DNA of 38,086 nt from a virus (taxonomy: Duplodnaviria > Caudoviricetes), in the IMG/VR virus record IMGVR_UViG_3300023238_000018, positions 1 to 38,086 of that record; one strand, given 5' to 3'. Position 1 is the stretch's first letter, and each line of letters starts with the position of its first letter. Made by a program: the position numbers and the translations under genes. Positions 1 through 11,200 of this stretch are shown here, in pieces. The notes beneath the pieces were generated by a model. It had not been told where the DNA came from, did no database searches, and saw nothing but the letters and a program-made list of their open reading frames with translations.

Positions 1-910
1 CGCCTACACCAAAGCCTGAAAATCCACCGGTGTCTACCAAACTGTTGTTACCCGAATTAGTAAGTCCATTGCCCGTGATCTGCACGCCGTCTGTCGTCTC
101 GGCGGTCGTAATACTTACTCCAGTAGTCCACCCGTCCGGCGTGCTGCCAGTAAAGTCTGTGAACTCGCCGTGAGACAACGTGTCTACCGCGCTACCCGCC
201 TGAGTCGCCCACGTCGGCAGCTCGCCGGTGGTGCCCCACGTTGCGGATTCGTCGGTGCTGAGTGCGCCGATAATTGCTCGCACGTAGGGAACGCGGCCAG
301 AGGGCCAATCGAGACCAAATCCCACATACGTTGTCGCTACGTTGTTTGGCATCCAGTTGGACCCAGTGCCGAGAGTCTCTATCGTGAACGAACTAGAAAC
401 ATCGACACCGTTAATTTCAAAACGCGGTTTTGTTGAGCTATTACCTTCGGTGAATATGATAGCAACTGAAAGTCCTTTGACCCCAGAATAATCAGCACGA
501 AATCCGCTGTAATTATACCGCTCCCACTGGGTCGAACTTGCGTTGTTTTGCTGAATCCGCAAATTCCCGTCTGTAAATAGACTAAAAATAAAAACGCCCT
601 CCTCTGTAAAATCTAACGGGAACTGAGAATTTGCATAAAATAATCGAGCGGTGGCACTTATATTAGCAGACGGCACGTCAAGCACTGCCAAAATTGTAAG
701 GGGCAAACTCGTCACCGCGCCAATTGCGCCCGGCGTGAGGATCTCACCACGGTTCGCCGTCGCGCCGTCGCTGATGCCGTAGCCTGCCATTTGCCGGGCG
801 GCGAATTGCGGGCCGACCACGTCCTGAAGCCCAATGCGGTCCCGCATCTGTTCCTGTGATGCCGATTGCATGAATGCATGAATGTCACTGCCTACTGTAA
901 TGTCTGCCAT
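1..910 (-). CDS. Putative tail fibre / receptor-binding protein, truncated at the left edge
   Basis: Not in the ORF track. ATG at 910 (MADITVGSDIHAFMQSASQEQMRDRIGL...); I read the frame as open to position 2. G/T/S/N-rich and beta-like, last gene after the fibre adaptor, AAGGA upstream. Confidence 0.65.
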   Translation of the reverse strand, partial: MADITVGSDIHAFMQSASQEQMRDRIGLQDVVGPQFAARQMAGYGISDGATANRGEILTPGAIGAVTSLPLTILAVLDVPSANISATARLFYANSQFPLDFTEEGVFIFSLFTDGNLRIQQNNASSTQWERYNYSGFRADYSGVKGLSVAIIFTEGNSSTKPRFEINGVDVSSSFTIETLGTGSNWMPNNVATTYVGFGLDWPSGRVPYVRAIIGALSTDESATWGTTGELPTWATQAGSAVDTLSHGEFTDFTGSTPDGWTTGVSITTAETTDGVQITGNGLTNSGNNSLVDTGGFSGFGVG

Positions 911-922
911 TTGATTTCCTTC

Positions 923-1066
923 TTAGATTGGTTGATAGTAAAGTGCTGATCCGTCTGGTTGCAGGTAGCGATCCGCGCCTCCCGGTTGCAGGTAGAGTTC
1001 CGTTCCGTCCGGTCCCCCTGAGGAGGAATCCATGACTAGATTGAGTCCGACTCCAATGGAGAGCAT
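923..1066 (-). CDS. Small 47-aa protein with three Y-x-Q-P repeats
   Basis: ATG overlaps the upstream stop (TAATG). Translation: MLSIGVGLNLVMDSSSGGPDGTELYLQPGGADRYLQPDGSALYYQPI. Confidence 0.65.
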   Translation of the reverse strand: MLSIGVGLNLVMDSSSGGPDGTELYLQPGGADRYLQPDGSALYYQPI

Positions 1067-1326
1067 TAGAGTAAAGCAATGATGCTGGTTGCGGTCGTGC
1101 CAGTGCTCTTGATCACGTGGCCACCAATGGGTTGTGCTACCCCGGCAACTACACTCACGAACACGTGGCTGACTCCCTTTTCATCGATGGTGGCCACGTC
1201 GCCACTGATTCCGACATAGATCCCTCGAAAGGGAACGGTCCTGCCGTCTGAGTTGGATAAGACCGGATTGCTGTCGTGCGGTGTTACGTTGATCTGTGAC
1301 CGGGATGATTCGTTGATGTCTCTCAT
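1066..1326 (-). CDS. Small phage structural (tail-associated) protein
   Basis: Pattern VTPHD...RGIYVG.SGDV...TGTTATSIIAL resembles a small beta-rich protein common in phage tail clusters; collinear with neighbours. Confidence 0.7.
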   Translation of the reverse strand: MRDINESSRSQINVTPHDSNPVLSNSDGRTVPFRGIYVGISGDVATIDEKGVSHVFVSVVAGVAQPIGGHVIKSTGTTATSIIALL

Positions 1327-1341
1327 GATTTTTTTGGTAGG

Positions 1342-2247
1342 TTAGACTGCAATTCTGTGAGCGATGATATGTCCTGATGGCCCTTCTGCGCTGCCCACGT
1401 CTAGCTGCTGTGCCTCGCAGAAAACTTTGAACCGGACTACATGGGTCTCTCCCGCAGGAATCGTGATGGTTCCACTCACATTGAGACCTGTTCGGGTCTG
1501 TGCTTCATGGACTGCTGGGCCACCCCCAAACGCTACGTCATCCGTGTCGTCATAGAACTGAGCCCACACTGTATCTGCGGCATCCGAGGTGCGGGCGGTG
1601 ACCCCGCCTGAAAGTATCCACTTGCCCTCGGTCAGCTCCACATAAGGAGCGCGTTGGGCATCGAACACCACGTCCGCACCAGACCCCCCTCCCTCCTTGG
1701 TCACATTGATAGCATCAGCAAGGCTACTCTCCACGGTGAGCGACCCATCCACGGTGCCGTCATCCTTCAGTGACAGGACTGTTCCCGTTGAATCCCAGCC
1801 AAGGAGCTTATTCGCCCGGGATGCTGCTGCTGCGAGCTGCATGTTGGCACCACCAATCTCTTGGGCCGGTAGGCGCAAGCTGCGTGTCAGGATCTCCTCA
1901 AGGCGCTGGATGGTCATGGCTATTGAGTCGAGTGCCAGCTCAACCGTGGCGCTTGGGTATCGGCCAAGGTTGTCAAACGTCTGCTCCTGCTTCCAAGGGA
2001 TCAACCGAAGGATGGTGATCGCTGATCCAATGATCAACCCATTGCCACTTGTGGGCACTGTGGTCAGGGTGCCACCTCCCGGCGCTCCCTCGCCTGAAAG
2101 GGTGTAGTCAGTGGTCTCAACGAGCACCGTGCCGTCACTTTTGATGAGCAGCACGTGGGAGGCATCCACGAAATAAAAGATGGCGATGTCTTGAGCAGCT
2201 GATGTCAGCGTCACATCTACACGGTTGGTTTCGGATGATAGGCTCAT
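1342..2247 (-). CDS. Tail fibre adaptor (T7 gp17 N-terminal-like domain)
   Basis: N-terminal TDYTLSG..GGGTLT...ITILR..P..Q...ELALD.IAM.IQ.L pattern; lies directly after the large internal virion protein. Confidence 0.8.
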   Translation of the reverse strand: MSLSSETNRVDVTLTSAAQDIAIFYFVDASHVLLIKSDGTVLVETTDYTLSGEGAPGGGTLTTVPTSGNGLIIGSAITILRLIPWKQEQTFDNLGRYPSATVELALDSIAMTIQRLEEILTRSLRLPAQEIGGANMQLAAAASRANKLLGWDSTGTVLSLKDDGTVDGSLTVESSLADAINVTKEGGGSGADVVFDAQRAPYVELTEGKWILSGGVTARTSDAADTVWAQFYDDTDDVAFGGGPAVHEAQTRTGLNVSGTITIPAGETHVVRFKVFCEAQQLDVGSAEGPSGHIIAHRIAV

Positions 2248-2288
2248 GGCGGTATCGACAAGCTGGATGCGTTTTTTCGGGATTGCGA

Positions 2289-5200
2289 CTATCGATTGCG
2301 CTTCGATCCTTCACGCTCTTCACGCCGCTTCTGGATCTTGTCCGCGCCTGCACCGAAATGCCAGTAATACGGTGATCCAGCGAACGGGAGAATGCGCCAG
2401 AAGTCGAAGTCCCCGGGCTTAATTTCATCACCGTCCTCGATCTTAGACCATGAATCAAATAGGTCCATGACCGGGAACTGGATGAATGGTGCCGGCGGCA
2501 ATGCGAGCAGGGCCACCGACTCAATCGGGTTTTGCCTGTAGCGGAAGTTCCACAGATGCCAGCGACTCACTCCAGAGAGCTTGAATAGGTTGTCCACCAT
2601 CAGGTCACTGAGCTGGGGATCTCTGCCCATCAGCCAATCCTTGAGCCAGTCAACCGGGACGTTGATCAGGTAGAGCACTCCCATCAGTCGGATCAGGTTG
2701 GCCATGCCCTGTGCCTTCTGACTGGCGTTGCCCGTAACCATCATGTCGATACCCTCACGACGGAAGGCCTCGAGTTGCTTGAGAGTGAATGTCTTGAGCA
2801 TGTAGAACACCCGACCATTTGGATTGGTGAGGTAGGATTCTGGATACTCCGACAGGCTGATCGGTTGGTAGTCGGCCAGCGTGCTGTAGACCGCGAACAG
2901 GACGTCCGAGGACTCCTTGCCAGCTGCGAGATCCGCCACCACCTGTGCGCCTTGCGCCTCACCAAACGAGGTGTTGATGCGGGCGATGGTCTTGGGACTC
3001 AGTTTCCCCTTCTTGGCTTCACGCTGCATGCTTCTCAGCTTCGCGTTGACCAAGGTTTCCTTACCGATCCGGTCGATGTAGCTCAGGCCCGTCAGCTTGA
3101 ACGTCATCTCCAGAGCGCGGTTCATCTTGGTCTTATCCCGAAATTCTTCGGCGATGTTCTCGATGCCCATAGTTTCCTTGGTGACCTTCGACTTACCTGC
3201 AACCGCAGTTCCAGCCGCAATGGCAGTGTCCCAGACTCCTGACTCGTAGATGGAAAACGCGAGATCGCCCAGCTGAGTGAGTGCCGATGTGACCTGCCCC
3301 ATGGTGGTGATGTAGCCAATGGTCTTGAACATCTTGATGACACCACTGGTGATGCCTTGGTTGAATCGGCCTTCCAAGATCGCGATCACTTCACGCTGAC
3401 TTTGGCCATCCAGCTCTCCACTGGATACCAGCGAATCAACCAGCCCGCCGATGGATGCATCTAGGGCCAGCTTCTTGCTCGACTTAACTCCACTGATAGT
3501 CGGGGTATCCACGGCGTAATTACCGAAGAATCGGCGCTTCTCGATGGCGGCATTGGTGCTGTCGATGTAGCCAAGCAGGGCTTGGATCGAGTCTGCGTAG
3601 AATGCGTTGGCATCCACATCGACGACGTCCGTCTTGCGTCCCTTGAAGTTGCCCGGGATCGATCCCTTGCGACCGAGTCCTTGCAGGGTTCGGTTGACTA
3701 CCTCCATGCGTTCTTCGTCGGTCAGGACTCTGCCCATCAGTGCTGCCTTCTTCGATGCTTCCTTAACTGCACGATCTACCACGCCACCTTCTGGCTTCCC
3801 GTAGTAGTGTGCTCGGAGTCCATCGAGGTCCATGACCTTGCGCGGGAAGTAGTCGGTGAGCTCACCAATCTCGTATCCTGCGGCAAGGCCTCGCTTACGG
3901 GTGTCTGCCAGCACTGCTTGCACTTCTGCGTAGGCTTCGCGTAGATCAAACGCCTGAAGGATCTGGTCCCGGGTTTGCGTGTCACCATTCTTTAACGCGA
4001 GATCCAAGATCAGTGCTTCGTTCTGACCCAACTTGGCGAATGCATCGACGAACGGTTTGATCTTGTCGAAATCCGCCTTGATCGCTCTGCCCGTGTCGAA
4101 CTCGAAGCGACGAAGCCGGGCCGCAAGGGTGGGTGCGAATCGATGTAGCCGGCCGGTGATTGGAATGAGTAGGCGAGCAGCCATGCTGGACTCTGCCGTG
4201 CGCTTGGCACGCTTCACCCGGGTGGGGAGTGTCTCACCCATCCTGATACGCCGGACCAGCTCTGCCGTGGCATCCTGTGCCTTGCTGCGGATCTTCTCAG
4301 CATCAGCCTGCAATGACTGCTCTTCGTTCTGAGGCACGCCTGTCAGGCCGAACACCACGTCCTCCTTGGATACCAAGCTGAAGGTGGAGTCTTCGTTGTC
4401 TGACAACTCCTCTTCCATGTCATCCAGTTGGTCCTCTGCATCACGACGGCTCACCATTGCACCATCCAAGTAATCGGCAGGCTTGGCCGCACCTTTGGCG
4501 ACACCGTGGTCTAAGAATAGATTCTTCTCACGATACCACACGATGGCCTGCATGTCTGCCACGGTGAGCTTGAAGCCGAGATCCTTCAGCTTCTGCTGAG
4601 CATTCAGCACGATGGCTTCGAACCAACCGCGCTCCGTTTTGTTTTGGGGAGCTGCCTTCATGCTGGCGTGGATCTGGATGGTGCGGGCTGCTTTCTCAAT
4701 GGCATACCCATCGGCGAACTTGGCGTATCCCTTTTTAGCATACTCATTCTTCTGACTCCATCGGGTAAACAGCTTAACCGCCGCTCGGACAGTGTGCTCA
4801 CCACCACGGTTGGCTTCCTTCATGTCCAAGCCATAGGTGCGAGTGCCGGGCTTGTTCAGCTCTGCACGGAATGCTGCTACCATCTTCTTTGATTTGGGTG
4901 TATCCAGAGGCAGGACCGACTCACCAACGTAGCGATGCATCGTGCGGGTATACCACAGATCCATGGTGATGGTATCGAAGCGCCCACGGAGGTTGTTGAA
5001 GAACGATCCGATCTTGGGACCAAGCACTCGGTTACCTCGCACAATCTCCGAAAGGGTGACCCCATCTGGAGCTGCCCCGAACATCTCCTTCAGTTGTCCG
5101 CCGGTCACTTCCTTGTCCATGAACTCGCGGAACCCATCGAGGCCATACTCCGCGATGATGCTATTCATCGTTGCGAGGTTGTCGTTGATCGGTTTCTTGG

Positions 5201-8200
5201 CGGCGGCGAACTTGGTGTCAGTCGGCAGGACTCCGTTCTTCTTGTAGCTTTCGTAAACCTTACGCGCATACTTGAAGTTCAGGATCACATTGTTGCCCTG
5301 TGAGGTCGCTGCCAGTGCTCCAATAAAGACGGTCATGGCATTAGGGTCTTCGGAGAACTCTGGAAAGATCTTCATCAATTCCCTGAACGTCTCTTGCACC
5401 CGCTCATCATACCACCCCATCCCTGAACCGTCAGTGCTTAGTCCATCAATGATGTCATAGGCCAGCGTGGTCCCACCATTGGTGATGCCCTCTTGGCTTC
5501 CTACTTCGTAGGCACCGACCTCGGTGTTTTCCTTGAACCGGGCATCTAGCCACAGACCGTAGTCGCGGATGGTGTCGAACTTGATTGAGCCCAGTTCTTG
5601 ATCGATCTTCGCCGCCGACTCTGGAGGAACAGGAAGGGACTTGAGCACCTTCTTGGCTTTGCGGGCGACCTTCGCCGCTGCCGCCTGCTTCTTTATTCTC
5701 CGCTCTGCTCTAGATACAACTTCGTTGAGGGCTTCTTGCTGTTGCCCGGCAGGGAGCTTGCTTGCACGAACCCGCGCCTCTCCAGCGATGCTTTCATATC
5801 TGCCACGCTCATCGGATGGGAACTCGGCCCGGCCCTGCCCCTGCGTAGGGATCTCCCCAACGCTAATGCTTCCTTTCTTGGTTGCTTTCTTAATAAAGGC
5901 TTCGACATGTCCATGCATCTCATCATCTGGGGACTTTAAGACAAGTGTGAATCGTCGGTTGGCTACGTCGTAGCTGAAGGCGGGCACCTTGCCCCGGTTC
6001 CAGTCCTTCGCAATAGCGGTCGCTGCTGCATCATTGGCCACGGTGAAGGTAATGATCTGATCCGGCCCGTTCTCGTCGTCTTGCCACACTAGCGCCGAGT
6101 TCTGAAGCTCTGGTGCGCTTGCTGCCACTAGTCCGGCCATCTCTGCACCGATTTCCATGTCGTCGGTGTCAAACTCGACCACTTCCGGCACCTCAAGGCT
6201 CACTTTTCCTCGCTCGGTCCATCCACCGATGACCGGGAAGCGGGCGGTGATCTTCACACCATACGCTGCTGCCACGTCATCGAAGATCTGCTGAAGGTGG
6301 ATGAACTTTGCCGATCCTGATCGCTTGAGCAGTTCGGCCTTGGTCAGTTTCGGCACCGTATCCACTCGGACGGGTGCGACGGTGACACGGAGGCTGAACG
6401 ACGTGTCGGCTACGTCAGGATCCACCGACTCGCGAGGGTTGATGTGGTCACCTGCGTTACCTGCTCGACCATCAAGCCATGTCCATTCCGGCATGAGCCC
6501 CGTCTTCTGCTCAGCGAATACCGTGTCGAACACCTTTGCCGTCTTGTTGGTTTCGCCATGCGGCCCGAAGTTAAGCCAGCTGTTCTGGCCCCGGGTCTCG
6601 CTGGTGAGAGCACCCACGGCGCTTCCCCTGAACAGGCGGACGTGTGCCTGCCATGCGTTCTCCTCACCCCGGGCACGGAAGCCTGCTCCCTCGATACCAT
6701 GGCCAAAGGCATCATGGACTGCTCGGAACAGGTCATTAGCCAGCACTCGCTTCATTGGCCCATCCTTACCGAAGCGCCACGTGATCCCGGTGTCCGACAG
6801 TAGGGGGTTTTCTGAGGTATCTACCGTGGTGGATTCATCGCTACCAAACCCAGCCTCCGTGGCGTAGACTGCCATGCGCTTGTTGGCCCGCAGGTCACGC
6901 ATCGCATTCCATGGGTTGCCGGCGTAAGGATCGTTGCTGTCATCGACCAGATAGAACTCGTAGCCAGCTGCCTCAAGGGCGCGATACTGGGCGGCGGTCT
7001 GGGTGATCAGGTTCTGGTAAGCCTCTGCCACCACCGGGTCACCCGGGGCGTGCTTCATCTTGTCGTAGGCCTGAGCGATCTTCGCCGCTCGGTCTTTGTC
7101 TACGTGAACGAACTCTGCCTGACGGTGAAGAGGGAGGCCAAGGCTCTTGGCATACTCCTCCACTACACTGACGAGGTTCAGGTCCGGTCCGGTCGCGCCT
7201 TCAATAGCTGGCGCACCTTCAAGCGGCGTAAGGACTCCGCTGCCGTATCTTTCTGCTCCGTCTGTTCCGGTGTCTCCGGTAGTGCGTCGGGCATTGGCTG
7301 GCTGAGAGTCTCCTGTAGTTCCTTTGTCATATCTTGGGGTCCGTTGTGCCCCAGTGCCATCCGGTTGTCCATCACTGTCTCCAACAGAGAAGGTGATGTC
7401 GGGATTGGCTGGATCGTAGGTGCCACGGTTGCCGGTGGCGCTCTTGATCTGAGTCGGCTCGAAGACAACAAACATCGAAGTGCCTGCAGCCTTTCCGGTG
7501 CCGGTAACAACGATGCCGTCGTGCCCACCCCGCTTGGCCTTATCCTGTATGTCCTGCCAGCTCTGATCGTAAAAAGACTGAGGCCACTTGCCGCCCGACT
7601 TCCGAACATACGGGTTAGTAATTCTAAGATACACCGGGACGATATTCTCCCTCGCATTGGCTCTGGCGTCCCAGATACCTGCCTCAAAGGCGGAATCTTC
7701 TGCCTCCAGCGGGTTGGTTGTGAAGAAGAAACCTTCGCGTCCCTCAAACTGAGATGACGACGGTCCATCACCTTGGCGGCTTTTGTTAAACTCTGCGAAG
7801 GACGATGACGTCCCATGGTAAACCACTTTTGGCTTTCCGGCATCATTCACGACCTTGCTGTCCCCAAACCACTTGTTGAATGCAGGCGATCCAACAGAGA
7901 AGGTGATGTCAGGATCGACTGGATCGTAGGTTCCTCGGTTGCCGGTGGCGCTCTTGATCTGCGCGGGCTCGAAGACGACATAGATTGTCCCCTCTTCCCC
8001 CCCAGTGCTATCTGGTCCGCCGTCCGACACGTTGTGGATGATGAGCCCATCTGCCTCCATATCCCTAGCGTCCCGAGCCCAACTGTCAGTGGATTTTCCC
8101 CAAGACCTAGTAAACTTCGATGCCTTCCCTTCGTCTACTGCCGCCTGCGCTTCACTTTCCGTGTAGACCGTGTCGAATGTATCACCATCTTCGTCGAAGA

Positions 8201-11200
8201 GATCGAACCCTTCCGATATGTCGTCCCAATTTTGCCCCTTGGCGTCGATAATGATAGGGTCTTTAAGCGCCAAATAAACTTCGTAAACCCCTGAGAAAGC
8301 CTCTGGCTGCAAGTTATCAACTGCTTCGTCCAGAGCGTCCTCCCGGGAGGATCCCTCGAAGGTTTCCCCGTCAGGATTCGTCGCAATCCATATGTCATAT
8401 CTTTCGTCAAATTCCACTTCAATACCGTGGCGTTCTGGGTCTTTTCGGATTTTCTCCAACGAAGGTGGATCCTCAACGCCGCTTCTACCCGAATACGTTT
8501 TTGCAGTGAACAGATCATCCGTGAAAAAGGCACCTGTTCTGGCAGTCTTACCCTTTCCATCGGTGTCAAATTCCGTGAATCCCAGCTGAGTGCTCCCATG
8601 GTAAACCACTTTTGGCTTTCCGGCATCATTCACGACCTTGCTGTCCCCAAACCACTTGTTGAATGCAGGCGATCCAACAGAGAAGGTGATGTCAGGATCG
8701 ACTGGATCGTAGGTGCCACGGTTGCCGGTGGCGCTCTTGATCTGAGTCGGCTCGAAGGCAACGTAAACCGGGAAGGAAATAGCCTTCGGGTCATCACGGT
8801 CTAGGATCTTCAGCCCTTGGGTCTTATGGACTTTTTTAGCGGTTGTTTCACGTGTGATTATTCCATCATAGCCCTGACGTTGAAGATCGAGCTTAGCTGT
8901 CGGGCTGATGTTCCCACTGAACCCTCGGGCCGCGCCGAATGTCTGCCCTTTCTCGATATAACGGGCAAGGTCATCCACGTGATCTACAACGAGTGGATTC
9001 TTGATGCTAAGATAGACCGGGATCGACTTCGGTTGGTTGGGTTCTCCCCGGTATGATTGATTTGATTGGAATCGTTGTCCGTATTCCGTGAATAAATTAG
9101 CACCTGTAATGTCGGAAAAATAGAACCCGTAGCCTGCTTTACCAAACCGTTGTTCACTTACGTCAAAGCTGCTGATTCCGCCATCAGCCGAAAATACGTT
9201 TCCATGGACCACCACTTTCGGCTTTCCGTCAGCGTCCACCACCTTGCTGTCTCCAAACCACTTCTTGAATGCTACTGAGTTCGTAGCCGGTGCCACGCTG
9301 AACGACACATCCCCGTAGCCCTCTTCATCAAGGATGCGCTGAGCCTGCACACTGATCTCTGCGGTTATGCCGTAGACTGGCTCGATCTCTGCCTGAGCCC
9401 GTTGCAGCATGATGGCAGTCAGCTCTTCCTCACGGGACAGCTTGTGCTTCAACCGCTGGTAATTCTCCAGTGACTCACGCTCTGCCGCTTCGGGCTTGAT
9501 CATAGCAAACACCTCTTCCAGTTCCGCCTGCTTCTTCGCCCTCCCCCGGTCTACTGCTGCTGCCACTGCCTCTGCTTTGGGAGTGAGGCCAAGCGCACCC
9601 TTGAGCGCCTGCTCTAGCTCGGTATTCAATTTACCATCACGCTGCATCTTGGTCATCTTCGCGGCCATCTTCATGACCTGCCTGAGGTGATCACCAAGCA
9701 TGCGAAGGAACCCACCCCAGCTCTTCGGCATGTTGTCTGCCTTGCGGTTGCTCACTGCGTAGTCGACGACCCGGGCGCTGAACCATTCCACCAAGCCCTG
9801 CTTGCTGTTGGTGCCGGGGGCAATCCCTGCTTTCGCATCGTATTCGGTTCTCCATGACTGAAGCTCATCGAGACTCAAGTCACCAATCTTCAGGCGCTTC
9901 TTCACGTAACCCTCTGAGACTTCCTCGATCACCGTGAATGCGTTGCCGCCTCTCCAGATCTTGGATACATCAGTCTCCACGTTGTTACGGTATTCGGTGA
10001 TATTGTTTCCCAGAACTACCATATCCCGTGGGTTCGTGCCCTCTGGGATGTTGGCACCGTTCTCGATGGCGATCTTCATGCGCTCCTCTGCCTTCTTTAT
10101 GTCGGCCAAACCTGCGTCAATGAAGTCACCCATGGTTCGCTCCTCCTCCTCGAACTCGATCACCTTGGTCTCGTCATCGAATCGCTTGGTGAGTTCGTTC
10201 GCCACCTCCTGTGCCGCTTTCTTGGATACCTGCGCTTTGAACCGCTCCAAGAACTGGACGTGCTCTTGATTCGAGAGGTTGATGGCGAAGATATTTCCTT
10301 CCTTGTCCTTCAGGACGGGCACCCCTTTGACGTTACCTAAGGTCATGCCCGCTGCTTCCATGCCCTCGGTTGCCGTAAACTGTTCGTTGATCAGCTTCTT
10401 GTTGTATTCCCGCTGAGCGACCACGTCACCATTGACCGCTGCCACCAGTAGCTTGCCGCTCTCTGCGTCTGGTGCGGATGCCATCAGTTCCTCATCGCTC
10501 TTGATCTTGCGCAATGCGTTGAACTCTGGACCTGTTAGCGGGTTGCCGTCCTTGGCTACAACCATGGCACCTTCGGCCTTGGTTGCTGCTGCGGAGTCCA
10601 TTGATTCAGCGATGGCGATAGGGCCACCAAACAGAGCGCCCATGGTAGCACCCGCGACCATTTCGAACAGACGGCGCTCTGCTGCATCACCGGTGATGAT
10701 CATGCGCTTCTCGTCATAGGTCAGGCTTGCGATCATGTCGCCCCATGCTCCCTGAGCAGGCTCGGTCCATGCTTCACCTATTGACGATTCCACGACCCGT
10801 TTCCCCACGTTCTTGAGGTAGTCCCCGAACATGACCTTCCCTCCCACCTTGGCTGTGGCTTTCATCGCCGAGGCCAGCACCTTCTCGATACCTACATACC
10901 GCTCAAGGATCATCTGGGGGACCGCAGACGCTAGGTTGGTTGCTACGCCTTGTTGTGGGTCATACGTGCCGCCTTGCTCCTCGATCGCCCGCTTCTGGTC
11001 CATCTCAGCCTCCCCGAAGAACACCGACTCCATCGCTGCCAATCCACCCGGCCCCATCATCCCCAGAACCGCAGTTGCTGGGACACCTCCTGCCATTTGC
11101 GCGAACTTACCGAGGGTCGTTTCCGCGAACTCAGGATCGATCCCGTAGTAGTGGTTCATCTCCTCAGCCATCTCGTAGAGGGTGTCGGAGTTCTTGCGGA

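Noticed and set aside
885-1079. 64-aa ORF from the track
   Set aside because: It overlaps the better-supported, translationally coupled ORF 923-1066 and the fibre start at 910.
7380-8757. Repeats as a CRISPR array or DGR template
   Set aside because: They are long, in-frame coding repeats separated by hundreds of bases, and the mismatches are not adenine-specific.
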